A stretch of 64,000 bases of DNA, from NCBI GenBank assembly GCA_963712565.1, contig CAVQIP010000072.1, positions 245-64,244 on the forward strand. The letters run 5' to 3'. Positions within the stretch are counted from its first letter, which is position 1. Each line of letters opens with the position of its first letter. A model generated the notes under the pieces. It did not search any database. It saw only the letters and a list, made by a program, of their open reading frames with translations, and was not told the DNA's origin. A program made the position numbers and the translations under genes. Shown one piece after another: positions 43,316-51,952 of the stretch. The DNA is from an uncultured Alphaproteobacteria bacterium. GTDB lineage: Bacteria > Pseudomonadota > Alphaproteobacteria > Rhizobiales > Xanthobacteraceae.

Positions 43316-44644
43316 TCACCCCTGAAACTCCACGATATCGAATCCGACATGGCGATCGACCAGGTAGATCAGCCCGCGCTGATCGAGCGCCACGTCGTTG
43401 CTTTGCGGCGCGGATCTGCCCGCAACCGGCTCCGGAATGAAATGGCCGATCTCGCGCGGGCTCGCCGGGTCGGCGACGTCGATGATGCGCAATCCGCCGC
43501 CGAACCAGACGGCGTAGACGATGGTGCCGGACATGCGCTCACAGAACTGGTGGGCGCCGAAGCGCGCGCCGGCGGTGCGGCTGAAGGGCGAATCGAGCTC
43601 GCTGACCTGGAACTGCGCGAGCGGCTTGATGGCGCCGAGGTCGCCGACATCGAAGGTCAGGACGCAGGCGTGCGCGCGTCCGCGCCGCGCTTGTTCCTCG
43701 TCCGCGCTCTGCGCCTGGTCTTCCTCGTCGATCGCCAGCGCGACGCGCCGGCCGCCGATGCGCCCGGGCACCGGCATCACGGTATGCGTCGGCTCGGGAA
43801 ACAGCGGATGGTAATTGTAGCTGCCGACGCTCCTGGGCTGCGCGAGGTTGGACACGTCGACGACCCAGAAGCCTCCGTGCCAGCAGCTCGCCCACATCTC
43901 GTTGCCGAAACGCAGCGCATGATGGAGCCGATGCCGCCGGCCGGACCAGGTCGGGGTCTCGCCGCCCGCGACATGCTGCCCGGGCATCCACCAGCGTGAA
44001 ACCTCCTGCGGCCGGCGGGGATCGCGCAGATCGTAGATCACCAGGATATTGCCGACATAGCCCTTCATCTCGGTCGAGATGTAGGCATGGCGCTCGTCCA
44101 TGTCGAAGCGGTGCACGCCGATGCCGCCGGTCTTGTGATAGCAGATGAGCTTCGGCTGCGCCGGCTTGGAGACGTCGTAGACCTTGAAGCCGCCGTTGTG
44201 ATAGCCGCGCTGCTCGAACTCTTCGAGCATGCGCAGGTCGTCCTCGGTCACGCTCATCTTGGCGGCGATTTCCGCTCGCGTCGGCTCACGCCCGCGCTCT
44301 TCCCTCAGCGCGCGCCGCGTGGCCGGCAGTTGCTCGGCGCGCCGCCCGATTCTGCTCATGTTGCGCTCGTGATTGACGATCATGATGTCGCCCGCGACGC
44401 GCACCTTGTGGCTGTGGGATTCGTGATCGTCGAGCGTGACGGTCGCGACCACGCGCGGCTTGCGCGGATCGGAAATATCGACGATCGACGTCCCGAGATG
44501 GGCTTGGTTCGGAATGTGCCCGACATAGGCATGGGAGCCGGCGACCGTGACCTGGCCGGCGCCGGCGAGATCGAGATGGCCGAGGCGGCGGACGTTGCGG
44601 GCGAGCGCGCTCGATTGCCGTTCCACCTTGTTCATTGCGTCCAA
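43316..44644 (-). CDS. LVIVD-type beta-propeller protein carrying a sigma-70 region-3-like insert
   Basis: This 442-aa protein has blade motifs VDISDPRKPRVV, YDVSKPAQP, LVIYDLRDPRRP, VDVSNLAQP and IDVADPASP. It shares RWWMPG, FGAH and VDRHVG with 14077..15429. The insert is ...RALREERGREPTRAEIAAKMSVTEDDLRMLEEF. Confidence 0.8.
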   Translation of the reverse strand: MDAMNKVERQSSALARNVRRLGHLDLAGAGQVTVAGSHAYVGHIPNQAHLGTSIVDISDPRKPRVVATVTLDDHESHSHKVRVAGDIMIVNHERNMSRIGRRAEQLPATRRALREERGREPTRAEIAAKMSVTEDDLRMLEEFEQRGYHNGGFKVYDVSKPAQPKLICYHKTGGIGVHRFDMDERHAYISTEMKGYVGNILVIYDLRDPRRPQEVSRWWMPGQHVAGGETPTWSGRRHRLHHALRFGNEMWASCWHGGFWVVDVSNLAQPRSVGSYNYHPLFPEPTHTVMPVPGRIGGRRVALAIDEEDQAQSADEEQARRGRAHACVLTFDVGDLGAIKPLAQFQVSELDSPFSRTAGARFGAHQFCERMSGTIVYAVWFGGGLRIIDVADPASPREIGHFIPEPVAGRSAPQSNDVALDQRGLIYLVDRHVGFDIVEFQG

Positions 44645-44655
44645 AGCCTCCGCTC

Positions 44656-44767
44656 GTCATGCCCCGCGCAAGCGGGGCATCCCACATTCACCGGACCAAG
44701 ATCAAAGGCACTGCGCTGCCCCTACACTCTCGCGGGATACTGGATGCCCGCTTGCACGGGCATCACC
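44656..44767. repeat. REP-like element, A-variant (atgccccgcg..cggggcat and atgcccgc..cgggcat hairpins)
   Basis: It reads gtcatgccccgcgcaagcggggcatccc...ggatgcccgcttgcacgggcatcac. Confidence 0.7.
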
Positions 44768-44777
44768 GCCCGAGCGC

Positions 44778-45752
44778 TCAATCCAGCTTCGCGCCCGATG
44801 CCTTGATGATGGCGCTCCATTTTGGAATTTCCGACTTGATATAGGCGGCGAAATCCTCGGGGGTGCCGCTGATGATATCGACGCCAAGATCGCCGAGCGA
44901 TTTCTTGACGGCGGGATCATCGAGCGTAGCCGTAAGCGCGCGATTGAGCGTCGCGATCACCTCCTTCGGCGTGCGCGCCGGCGCGACCAGGCCATGCCAG
45001 GTGGTGGCATCGAAGTTCTTGATCCCGAGCTCGTCGATGGTGGGAATATCGGGAAGAATCGCCGTGCGCTTGAGGGTGGCGACGCCAAGAGCCCTCACCT
45101 TGCCATCGCGGATATGCGGCACCACCGACGAGGCGGTGGCGAACATCATCTGCACGTGGCCGGCGATCACGTCCTGCAGCGCCGGAGCGGCGCCCTTGTA
45201 GGGCACATGGATGATGTCGACCTTGGCCTCGGCCTTGAACAGCTCGCCGGCGAGATGCGCGGCCAAGCCATGCCCGGACGAGGCGAAATTGAGCTTACCC
45301 GGATTGGCCTTGGCGAGCGCGATCAGCTCGGCCATGGACTTGACCTGCAGGCCCGGGTTCACCACCAGGATATTGGCCTGCGATCCGATCAGCCCGACCG
45401 GGGCGAAGTCGGTCTCCGGGTCGAAATTGATTTTCTTGTAGAGCGCTGCGTTGGTGGCAAGGATGGCGTTGTTCCCGGTGAGCAGCGTGTAGCCGTCACC
45501 CGCGGCGTGAGCGACGGCCTCGGCCGCGACGTTGCCGCCGGCGCCGGGCCGGTTGTCGATGACGAACGGCTGCCCGAGAATTTGCTCGAGCTTCCTGCCG
45601 AGGATGCGGGCGAGCACGTCGCTCGCGCCGCCCGGCGGGAAGGCAACGACGAGGGTCACCGGCCGCGTCGGATAGTCCGTTGCGTGGGCCGCCGGCATCG
45701 CGCACAGCAGCAGGGCCAGGCCGGCCACACACGTCGGTATTTTTCGGAGCAT
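44778..45752 (-). CDS. TctC/Bug family substrate-binding protein
   Basis: ORF trimmed to MLRKIPTCVAGLALLLCAMPAAHATDYPTRP (ATG 45750-45752, GAGGGA SD). Blocks FPPGGASDVLAR, DNRPGAGG, AGDGYT and YKGAAPALQD are present. Confidence 0.9.
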   Translation of the reverse strand: MLRKIPTCVAGLALLLCAMPAAHATDYPTRPVTLVVAFPPGGASDVLARILGRKLEQILGQPFVIDNRPGAGGNVAAEAVAHAAGDGYTLLTGNNAILATNAALYKKINFDPETDFAPVGLIGSQANILVVNPGLQVKSMAELIALAKANPGKLNFASSGHGLAAHLAGELFKAEAKVDIIHVPYKGAAPALQDVIAGHVQMMFATASSVVPHIRDGKVRALGVATLKRTAILPDIPTIDELGIKNFDATTWHGLVAPARTPKEVIATLNRALTATLDDPAVKKSLGDLGVDIISGTPEDFAAYIKSEIPKWSAIIKASGAKLD

Positions 45753-45783
45753 TTGTCCCTCTGAACTGACCCCAGCTCGGCCC

Positions 45784-46566
45784 TTACACGAATTGCACGG
45801 CGATGCCGCCGAGCGCGCCGAAATCGGCGTGCAGGGTATCGCCCTTCTGCGCGAATACCACGCGCGTGAACGAGCCCGCCAGCACGAGATGGCCGGGCTC
45901 GAGCGCGACGCCCAGGCTTCCCAGCTTGTTGGCGAGCCAGGCCACCCCGAGCGCGGGATGGCCGAGCACGCCGGCGGCGACGCCGGTCTCCTCGATCTCG
46001 GAATTGCGGTACATGATGCCGCCGACCCAGCGCAGGTCGACGTCGAGCGGACCCACCGGTCGGCCGCCGACCGCGATGCCGGCGGCCGCGCCATTGTCCG
46101 CCACCGTGTCGAAAATCTTGCGCGGGTCCTGCAGCCGCGCGTCGACGATCTCGATCGCGGGAACGACGTATTCGGTCGCGCGCAGCACCTCGGCAAGGCC
46201 GATGCCCGGCCCCTTCAGCGGTTTGCCCATGATGAAGGCGAGCTCGATCTCGACCCGCGGCCGGCAATAATTCTGGTGCGGGATCTTGGCGCCGTCCGCG
46301 ATCATCATGTTGTCGAGCAGGTGCCCGTAGTCCGGCTCGTCGATCTGCGAGGAGCGCTGCATCGCCTTGGAGGTCAGTCCGACCTTGTGCCCGATCAGCT
46401 TCGCCCCGGCGGCAATCTTGCGCTTGGCCACCTCGGTCGAAATCGCATAGGCGTCTTCGATGGTGATGTCCGGCCAGGTCTTGGAGAGCTGGACCGCCTG
46501 TTTGCGCTCCTTTTCCGCGCTCATCAGAATGTCGGCGGCTTTCTTGCGGTCGGCATCGGACAGCAT
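45784..46566 (-). CDS. 2-keto-4-pentenoate (2-oxopent-4-enoate) hydratase-like, FAH-fold (MhpD/HpcG family)
   Basis: ORF trimmed to MLSDADRKKAADIL (GAGGAG SD). Blocks AYAIS..V, GHKVGLTSKAMQ, EIELAF and the C-terminal GD block are typical of MhpD-type hydratases. Confidence 0.8.
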   Translation of the reverse strand: MLSDADRKKAADILMSAEKERKQAVQLSKTWPDITIEDAYAISTEVAKRKIAAGAKLIGHKVGLTSKAMQRSSQIDEPDYGHLLDNMMIADGAKIPHQNYCRPRVEIELAFIMGKPLKGPGIGLAEVLRATEYVVPAIEIVDARLQDPRKIFDTVADNGAAAGIAVGGRPVGPLDVDLRWVGGIMYRNSEIEETGVAAGVLGHPALGVAWLANKLGSLGVALEPGHLVLAGSFTRVVFAQKGDTLHADFGALGGIAVQFV

Positions 46567-46828
46567 GATGGCTCCTCTGGCGGACGGATGGTCCTCGCGC
46601 ATGTAGTGTAGCGGGAAACGGCGCAGTGCCTAGCGCCCCATCAAGCAACCGCGCGGGTTGACCGTTGCTTCGATGTGCGCGGAGGAGAAGAACCCGATGG
46701 GCCACCACGACCCGATAACGCCCGCGACGTTGCTTGGCCAACGCCCCTTTGTCGCCCATCGGCAATGACGCCCGGCAGCGAGCGAGGCGCCGACAGCGCG
46801 TGGCAGCTCGGCGCTATGTCGGCGCGGC

Positions 46829-47131
46829 CTACCTGCTGCAGGATTGCTTGCAAACCAGCTGCTGCGTGGTGCAGCTGAGATTACAGGGCGCAGGGCCTGC
46901 CGGGTTGGGAGTGGCTACAGGTCCGACAACGACACAGGAATTTTGGCAGTTCATGGCCTGCGTATCGCAGTTGATCAAGCACGTCGTTGATGTCGTTGCT
47001 TGGGGCAACAATTGTGGCGGCGGTATGGGCGTTGGCTGAACGGTCTGCGCGAGCCGTATCCGATCCGCGGCGAACGTGGCCGAAGCGCCAAGCACCGTGA
47101 GCAGGATGCTCAATTGCAACATTCGTTTCAT
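46829..47131 (-). CDS. Small secreted cysteine-rich protein (uncharacterised; two C-x3-C-x6-C-x3-C modules)
   Basis: ATG 47129-47131 lies 6 nt after GGAG. It encodes the signal peptide MKRMLQLSILLTVLGASATFA, a Pro-rich linker, CLINCDTQAMNCQNSC, a Pro/Ala linker, and CNLSCTTQQLVCKQSC. Confidence 0.65.
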   Translation of the reverse strand: MKRMLQLSILLTVLGASATFAADRIRLAQTVQPTPIPPPQLLPQATTSTTCLINCDTQAMNCQNSCVVVGPVATPNPAGPAPCNLSCTTQQLVCKQSCSR

Positions 47132-47187
47132 GGCGGACTCCATCGGCTCGAGGCAAGCGACGTCATTTCAACCAGCATGCTGCCGGA

Positions 47188-47997
47188 TCAGCGATCTTCG
47201 TCGACGTCGATCAGCGTACCGTCCGGGTCGGCGAGTTGGATGCTGCCGTGCGGGCATTTCTTCAGCAATGCCAAGCGCGCCGCGCCCTCTGAATCGAAAT
47301 CGATCGGCTTCGGCGCGAGGTGGATGTTGGTCTTGGCAAGCTTCTCGAGGTGGCTTTTGAAGGCAGCGAGCGCGGGCACGCGAAAGCCGATATGGTCCAT
47401 GCCCGGCTGCTCGATGCCAGCGCCGTTGAAGGACGAAATCTTCCACGGCAGGATCGCCAGCGTGACCCGGCCGTCGGTCAGGTGGTAGCCGCCGTCCTCC
47501 GTCGGGGCGTTGCGGGCTTCGAGCTCGAACACGTCGACGTAGAAATCGGCGACGCGTTGCGCCTCGCGGGCGCGCAGCGCGAAATGGCTGAACCTCGTAT
47601 CCTGCTTCCATTCGCCCTTGGCATAGACCTCGGCGCGGTTTTCATGTCCCGGCTGCGACAGGTCGAAATAGTTGCCCGCCGGATCGTGCGCGCTGTAGCT
47701 CGCGAATGGCCGATTGCCCGGCCGCTTCACGATCTCGATATCGGGATATTTCTTGGCGATCTTGGCGCGCACCTTGTCGAGGTCCTCCACCTCGATGCCG
47801 AAATGGTCGAGCCCGGCCTTGCGTCCCCCGCGGCGAGGGATCAGCGTCATGCCGAGATAGCCGTCACCGACCGAAATCGCGCCGACCTCGCGCGCGGTGT
47901 CGCCGGATGCCTTCAATCCGAAGGCGGCGCGGTAGAACATGCCGAGCAGCGTATAGTGATCGCTGGTAATGGCGAGATGGTTGAGCTTCCCGAACAT
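47188..47997 (-). CDS. VOC (glyoxalase/bleomycin resistance/extradiol dioxygenase) superfamily protein, two-domain
   Basis: Two tandem VOC modules start at LNHLAITS and FSHFALRA. Metal-ligand-type His/Glu blocks are GLDHFGIEV and GMDHIGFRV. Confidence 0.8.
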   Translation of the reverse strand: MFGKLNHLAITSDHYTLLGMFYRAAFGLKASGDTAREVGAISVGDGYLGMTLIPRRGGRKAGLDHFGIEVEDLDKVRAKIAKKYPDIEIVKRPGNRPFASYSAHDPAGNYFDLSQPGHENRAEVYAKGEWKQDTRFSHFALRAREAQRVADFYVDVFELEARNAPTEDGGYHLTDGRVTLAILPWKISSFNGAGIEQPGMDHIGFRVPALAAFKSHLEKLAKTNIHLAPKPIDFDSEGAARLALLKKCPHGSIQLADPDGTLIDVDEDR

Positions 47998-48022
47998 CGT
48001 TCTCTCCTGGCGATTTCCTCAG

Positions 48023-49066
48023 TCAGTGATAATAGCGCTCCAGCGCGATATGGCGAATCTCGGCGAGCTCCGCTTTGTCGAGCATCGTCATGGCGTGCTC
48101 GACGGTCGCCCGCACCTCGTCGGCGCCGGCGTGGTTGGCCGAAAGGTTGAGCTTCTTGACCTCGGCGACAAATCCGGGATCGCGGATGATGTCGGCGAAG
48201 GTCCTTTGCAGCCGCTCGACGCGGTCCGGCGGTGTGCCCGGCGTGACGACCATCAGGCGGCCAAGGCCGGCGATGCCGGCGCGCCAGTCGATCAAGCGCG
48301 CCGCCGCACGGCCGAGCTCCGCCGCCTCGAACAAGGTCGGCGCAGCGGGGAACTGCTCGAGGCGATGGCGCGCGAGCACGGCCACCACCCGCATGCCGTT
48401 ACTCGGTCCGTACAGCGCGGCGGATTCTTCCGACACCACGCGGCCATCCACTTCGCCGCGCTGGATGGCGAGGTTCATGCCGCCGGTGCCCTTGTAGCCG
48501 GTGATGATCTTGCTCTTCATCCCGAGCGCGTAGGCCATGATGGCGGTGAAATCGGCGTTGCCGTCGATCTTGGCCGAGCCGGCCCAGGTGACCGGCGTGT
48601 CGCTCTTCACCAAATCCGCGACGCTATTGTAGGGAGCCTTCGGCCCGAGCAGCGCGACCTTGGCCTCACTGCTTACCCGCGCGAGCCAGGTGAGCTTGCG
48701 CACGTCGTAGTTGACCCCCGGCGCATCGTAGAGCTGCGCGGTCACCAGGGTTTCCCCGCCGACGAGCAGGATGGTCAAGCCGTCGGCAGGCGCGTTGAGC
48801 GTGCGATTGACGGCGATCAGTCCGCCGGCGCCGGGCTCATTGGTCGGCAGCACCTTGGCGCCGAGCTTCTTCTCGAGATGCGGGACCAAAGCGCGCATAT
48901 AGGTGTCATAGCCGCCGCCCGGACTGCCCATGGTGTAGAATCGCACCTGCTTGCCCTGGAAGAAGGCCACCGCCTCCTGCGCGGCGCATGGCGGCGCGGC
49001 CGTGAGCAGCGCGGCGCTGAGCGCGGCCAACAGCGAGCTCGCGAGGTTTCGTGCACCGGTCGTCAT
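48023..49066 (-). CDS. TctC/Bug family substrate-binding protein (divergent subgroup)
   Basis: The signal peptide is MTTGARNLASSLLAALSAALLTAAPPCAA. Blocks GSPGGGYDTYMRALVPHL and TNEPGAGG match the subgroup of 25304..26323. Confidence 0.8.
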   Translation of the reverse strand: MTTGARNLASSLLAALSAALLTAAPPCAAQEAVAFFQGKQVRFYTMGSPGGGYDTYMRALVPHLEKKLGAKVLPTNEPGAGGLIAVNRTLNAPADGLTILLVGGETLVTAQLYDAPGVNYDVRKLTWLARVSSEAKVALLGPKAPYNSVADLVKSDTPVTWAGSAKIDGNADFTAIMAYALGMKSKIITGYKGTGGMNLAIQRGEVDGRVVSEESAALYGPSNGMRVVAVLARHRLEQFPAAPTLFEAAELGRAAARLIDWRAGIAGLGRLMVVTPGTPPDRVERLQRTFADIIRDPGFVAEVKKLNLSANHAGADEVRATVEHAMTMLDKAELAEIRHIALERYYH

Positions 49067-49256
49067 CTTGGCCTGCTTTGTTCGGCCCGCGGGCTCACTG
49101 TTCTGCCGACGTGCGGACGTGCCGGATCATGCAACAGCGCAGTTGGTGAGGACAAGGCTGGCCACGGCGCGACGCGGCGGGCGATGCTCCGTTCGAAGAA
49201 GGCCTTCCACCAGCCGCAGCCAAGCCGTGTTCGACGGACGCTCCGCTTGGCTTCGC

Positions 49257-50837
49257 CTACCGTTCGTCGCCGCCGCTCGCCGCCGCATAAGCGGCGTTGA
49301 GCTTGGCCTGCACCACGCTGCGGTCGATCTTGCCGGCGCCGTTGAGCGGCAGCGCACCGACGATGTCGATAAAGCGTGGATGCGAATAGGCCGATCCTTT
49401 GTCCAGACAATAGCGCTTGAGCTCCGCCGCCGTAACAGTCGAGCCTGCGCGCGCGATCACCATGGCGGCCGGCACGAAACCCTTCACCGGATGCGGCACC
49501 GGCGCGACCACCGCATTTACCACGTCAGGGTGGGCGAACAGCAGATTCTCGACCTCCTTGGGGTAGACGTTCTCGCCGCCGCAACTGAACATGTCATCGA
49601 CGCGGCTGCGAAAATAGAAAAATCCGTCTGCGTCCTTGCAGAAGATGTCGCCGGTGTGCAGCCAGCCATTAATGAGCTTCGCGCGCGTGATCTCCGGCTC
49701 GTTGTAATAGCCGAGGCAGACATAGGGGCAGCGGATCAGAAGCTCCCCTTCCTCGGCGTCGTTGCCGTTCGCGTCGATCAGCCTGACCTCGATCTCCGGT
49801 GCGGGCACGCCGGGGCTGCCGCGCGGGACCGGACGGCCGTCGATCGGCGCTCGCAACGGGCTCCCGCCCTCGGTCAACCCGTAGCTTTCCGAGACCTTGA
49901 TGTGCGGAAGCGCGCGTTCGACCGCATCGAGCAGTTCGGGCGTCACCACCGCCGATCCGATCGTCATGCCGCGCAAGGCGCCGAGGTCGAGCATGCGCAG
50001 GTAGTCGCGATGCTGGAGAAACATCGTGAACACCGCCGCCACCCCGCGCGAATAGGTGCACCGGTACTTGGCCAAGGCGTCGAGATAGGCGCGCGGCTCG
50101 TAGCTCGGCATCAGCACGAAGGAGCCGCCGGCATAAAGCATCGGCTTCACGGTGCCGCGCAACGCGTTCTTGTGGAACAGCGGCAGCGCGACGAGGCCGC
50201 GATCGCTCTCGGCCGACGGCCAGTAGCGCTGGTTGTAGGCGACGTACCACAGCATGCCGCGATGCGTCATGATGGCGCCCTTGGGACGGCCGGTCGATCC
50301 CGAGGTATAGGGCTGGAACGCCTGGGCATCGTCGGCGACGGGTGGCGGGTCGACCGGGACGTCCGGCTTTGCCATCTCCTCTTCGAAGCCGAGAAAGCCC
50401 TCCCTGTTGCCGTCGAGCATCAGCCGCCAGCGCAGCGGCACACGTTGCGCGATCGCGACGGCGTCCCGATTGCTCGCTGGATCGACGACGGCGAGCACGC
50501 AGGCCGCGTCGGCGATGATGCGTTCGAGCGTGTCGGCCGCCAGCCGGGTATTGAGCGGCAGGGGGATCGCGCCGGCGCGCATCGATCCGAAGAAGAATTC
50601 GACGAACTCGGTGCGGTTGCCGACCAGCATGGCGACACGCTCGCCCGGACGCACCCCGAGCCGAGCCAGCATGCTGGCTACGCCGTTCATCCGCCGGTCG
50701 AGCTGGCGGTAGCTTGCGCAACGCTCCCGGCCGCCGAACAAGTCGATGATCGCAACCTTGTCCGGCACGCGCGCCAAGGCCTGATCAAAGAAAAACCCGA
50801 GATTGCGCCCACGATTCACGCTGGCCACGGTCGTCAT
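49257..50837 (-). CDS. AMP-dependent synthetase/ligase (acyl- or aryl-CoA ligase, ANL superfamily)
   Basis: The AMP-binding motif YTSGSTGRPKG is present, with the YGLTE, GDI and C-terminal GKIDR motifs. The length is 526 aa. Confidence 0.9.
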   Translation of the reverse strand: MTTVASVNRGRNLGFFFDQALARVPDKVAIIDLFGGRERCASYRQLDRRMNGVASMLARLGVRPGERVAMLVGNRTEFVEFFFGSMRAGAIPLPLNTRLAADTLERIIADAACVLAVVDPASNRDAVAIAQRVPLRWRLMLDGNREGFLGFEEEMAKPDVPVDPPPVADDAQAFQPYTSGSTGRPKGAIMTHRGMLWYVAYNQRYWPSAESDRGLVALPLFHKNALRGTVKPMLYAGGSFVLMPSYEPRAYLDALAKYRCTYSRGVAAVFTMFLQHRDYLRMLDLGALRGMTIGSAVVTPELLDAVERALPHIKVSESYGLTEGGSPLRAPIDGRPVPRGSPGVPAPEIEVRLIDANGNDAEEGELLIRCPYVCLGYYNEPEITRAKLINGWLHTGDIFCKDADGFFYFRSRVDDMFSCGGENVYPKEVENLLFAHPDVVNAVVAPVPHPVKGFVPAAMVIARAGSTVTAAELKRYCLDKGSAYSHPRFIDIVGALPLNGAGKIDRSVVQAKLNAAYAAASGGDER

Positions 50838-50950
50838 GCTCGGTTGCGCCCTGTTGCGGCTATGGCCCGCGCAAGCTAGCCGAATTGGCGAAGCGTAACA
50901 GGGCCGGGAATTTCTTCATCTGTCGCATCCACATGCCGCGAGCGCGAGAC

Positions 50951-50968
50951 TGTGACGAAAAGGTCACA
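50951..50968. promoter_or_regulatory. Perfect palindrome TGTGAC-gaaaag-GTCACA (candidate operator or RNA stem-loop)
   Basis: Read directly in the divergent intergenic region. It is flanked by the direct repeat gcgcgagac (50942-50950 and 50985-50993). Confidence 0.4.
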
Positions 50969-51071
50969 CACGCTGCAAATGTCTGCGCGAGACCGAATTT
51001 GAGATTGGCAGCGCGGGCAAAGTAGGCGACCTTACCACTGCCTATTCATGGGCGTTTCCTCCTTCACTTAA

Positions 51072-51097
51072 AGCCCCGCTCGTCGGGGCTTTTTTTT
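51072..51097 (+). terminator. Rho-independent terminator (agccccg-ctcgt-cggggct followed by T7)
   Basis: A 7-bp GC-rich stem, a 5-nt loop and a T-run at 51091-51097 on the + strand. There is no upstream + strand CDS. It lies about 260 nt upstream of the cupin gene. Confidence 0.7.
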
Positions 51098-51358
51098 CGA
51101 TCGCGGCGCCGGGCGCGCCGCCGGCAGTGTCTGTTCGAGCGGTTCACCGGTCGCAACGCGGAGACGGCTCGAGCTCGAAAAATGGCCGGCGAGGCAGGTG
51201 GAGGAGGCTGCGCTTGGGCTTCGCAAAGCCGCCCGCGTGCGAGCCCTTGCGTTTACGTTGTTGGCAGAACAGGCGCTATTTGCCCCAACGAGCTGTTTTG
51301 CACGGCTTTGAGGCGTGATTGAATATGCCTGCGCTACGCCGCTAGCGAGGGGAATCCC

Positions 51359-51811
51359 ATGCAACCGCTCACGATAGGCATCACCAAGGCCGGGACCGGC
51401 ATCGACGGCATCGTCTGGAACATTCTCGGGCAGACCTACGTACCGAAGCAGGTATGCGATAGTTCGTTTTCCTGGCATGCGACGTTTCCGCCGGGGACCT
51501 TCGTGCCGCCGCACATCCACCCGACCCAGGACGAGTTCATCTACATGTTCGAAGGCCGGCTCGACGCCCTGCTCGACGGCAAGGAATTCGTCGCCGGTAC
51601 CGGCGATCTGCTCCGGCTCCCCAGCGGCGTTCCCCACGGCTTCTTCAACAAGTCCGACCAGCCGGTAAAGTGCCTGTTCTGGGTGACGCCGACGCGCAAA
51701 CTCTACGATCTGTTCTGGGCGATCCACAGCATGAAGGAGCAGAAACCGGAGGAGGTCGTGGCGCTCTCGGCCAAGCACGAGGTCGTCTTCCTGCCGCCGC
51801 CGGCCGAGTAG
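51359..51811 (+). CDS. Cupin domain protein
   Basis: This 150-aa protein has cupin motif 1 PPHIHPTQDEFIYMFEG and motif 2 GDLLRLPSGVPHGF. GAGGGGAA lies upstream of the ATG. Confidence 0.8.
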   Translation: MQPLTIGITKAGTGIDGIVWNILGQTYVPKQVCDSSFSWHATFPPGTFVPPHIHPTQDEFIYMFEGRLDALLDGKEFVAGTGDLLRLPSGVPHGFFNKSDQPVKCLFWVTPTRKLYDLFWAIHSMKEQKPEEVVALSAKHEVVFLPPPAE

Positions 51812-51952
51812 CGGTCCCAAGCCCGCGACGGCGCGAGATCGCCGGCGCGCGTACGACCCAATGCAGCGAAGCGCTGACGGCCCGCACCTCTCCGCAACCC
51901 GTGCGCCGTCCGGCGGCGCGGTCTTCCCATGTGGCGCTGAAAACGCCGATCG

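Noticed and set aside
3889-44767. The possibility that the recurrent palindromic repeats form a CRISPR array
   Set aside because: The copies are dispersed over the whole window, belong to different families, occur in both orientations, and are not separated by uniform-length unique spacers. No cas genes are present.
50951-50968. Reading TGTGAcgaaaaggTCACA as a CRP/FNR-family binding site
   Set aside because: The canonical CRP half-sites TGTGA/TCACA are separated here by 8 nt rather than 6. It is kept only as a generic palindrome or RNA stem-loop.
51048-51071. A seven-codon ORF (MGVSSFT) ending at the foot of the terminator hairpin, considered as a leader peptide for attenuation
   Set aside because: There is no Shine-Dalgarno sequence upstream, no run of regulatory codons and no alternative antiterminator pairing that I could identify.
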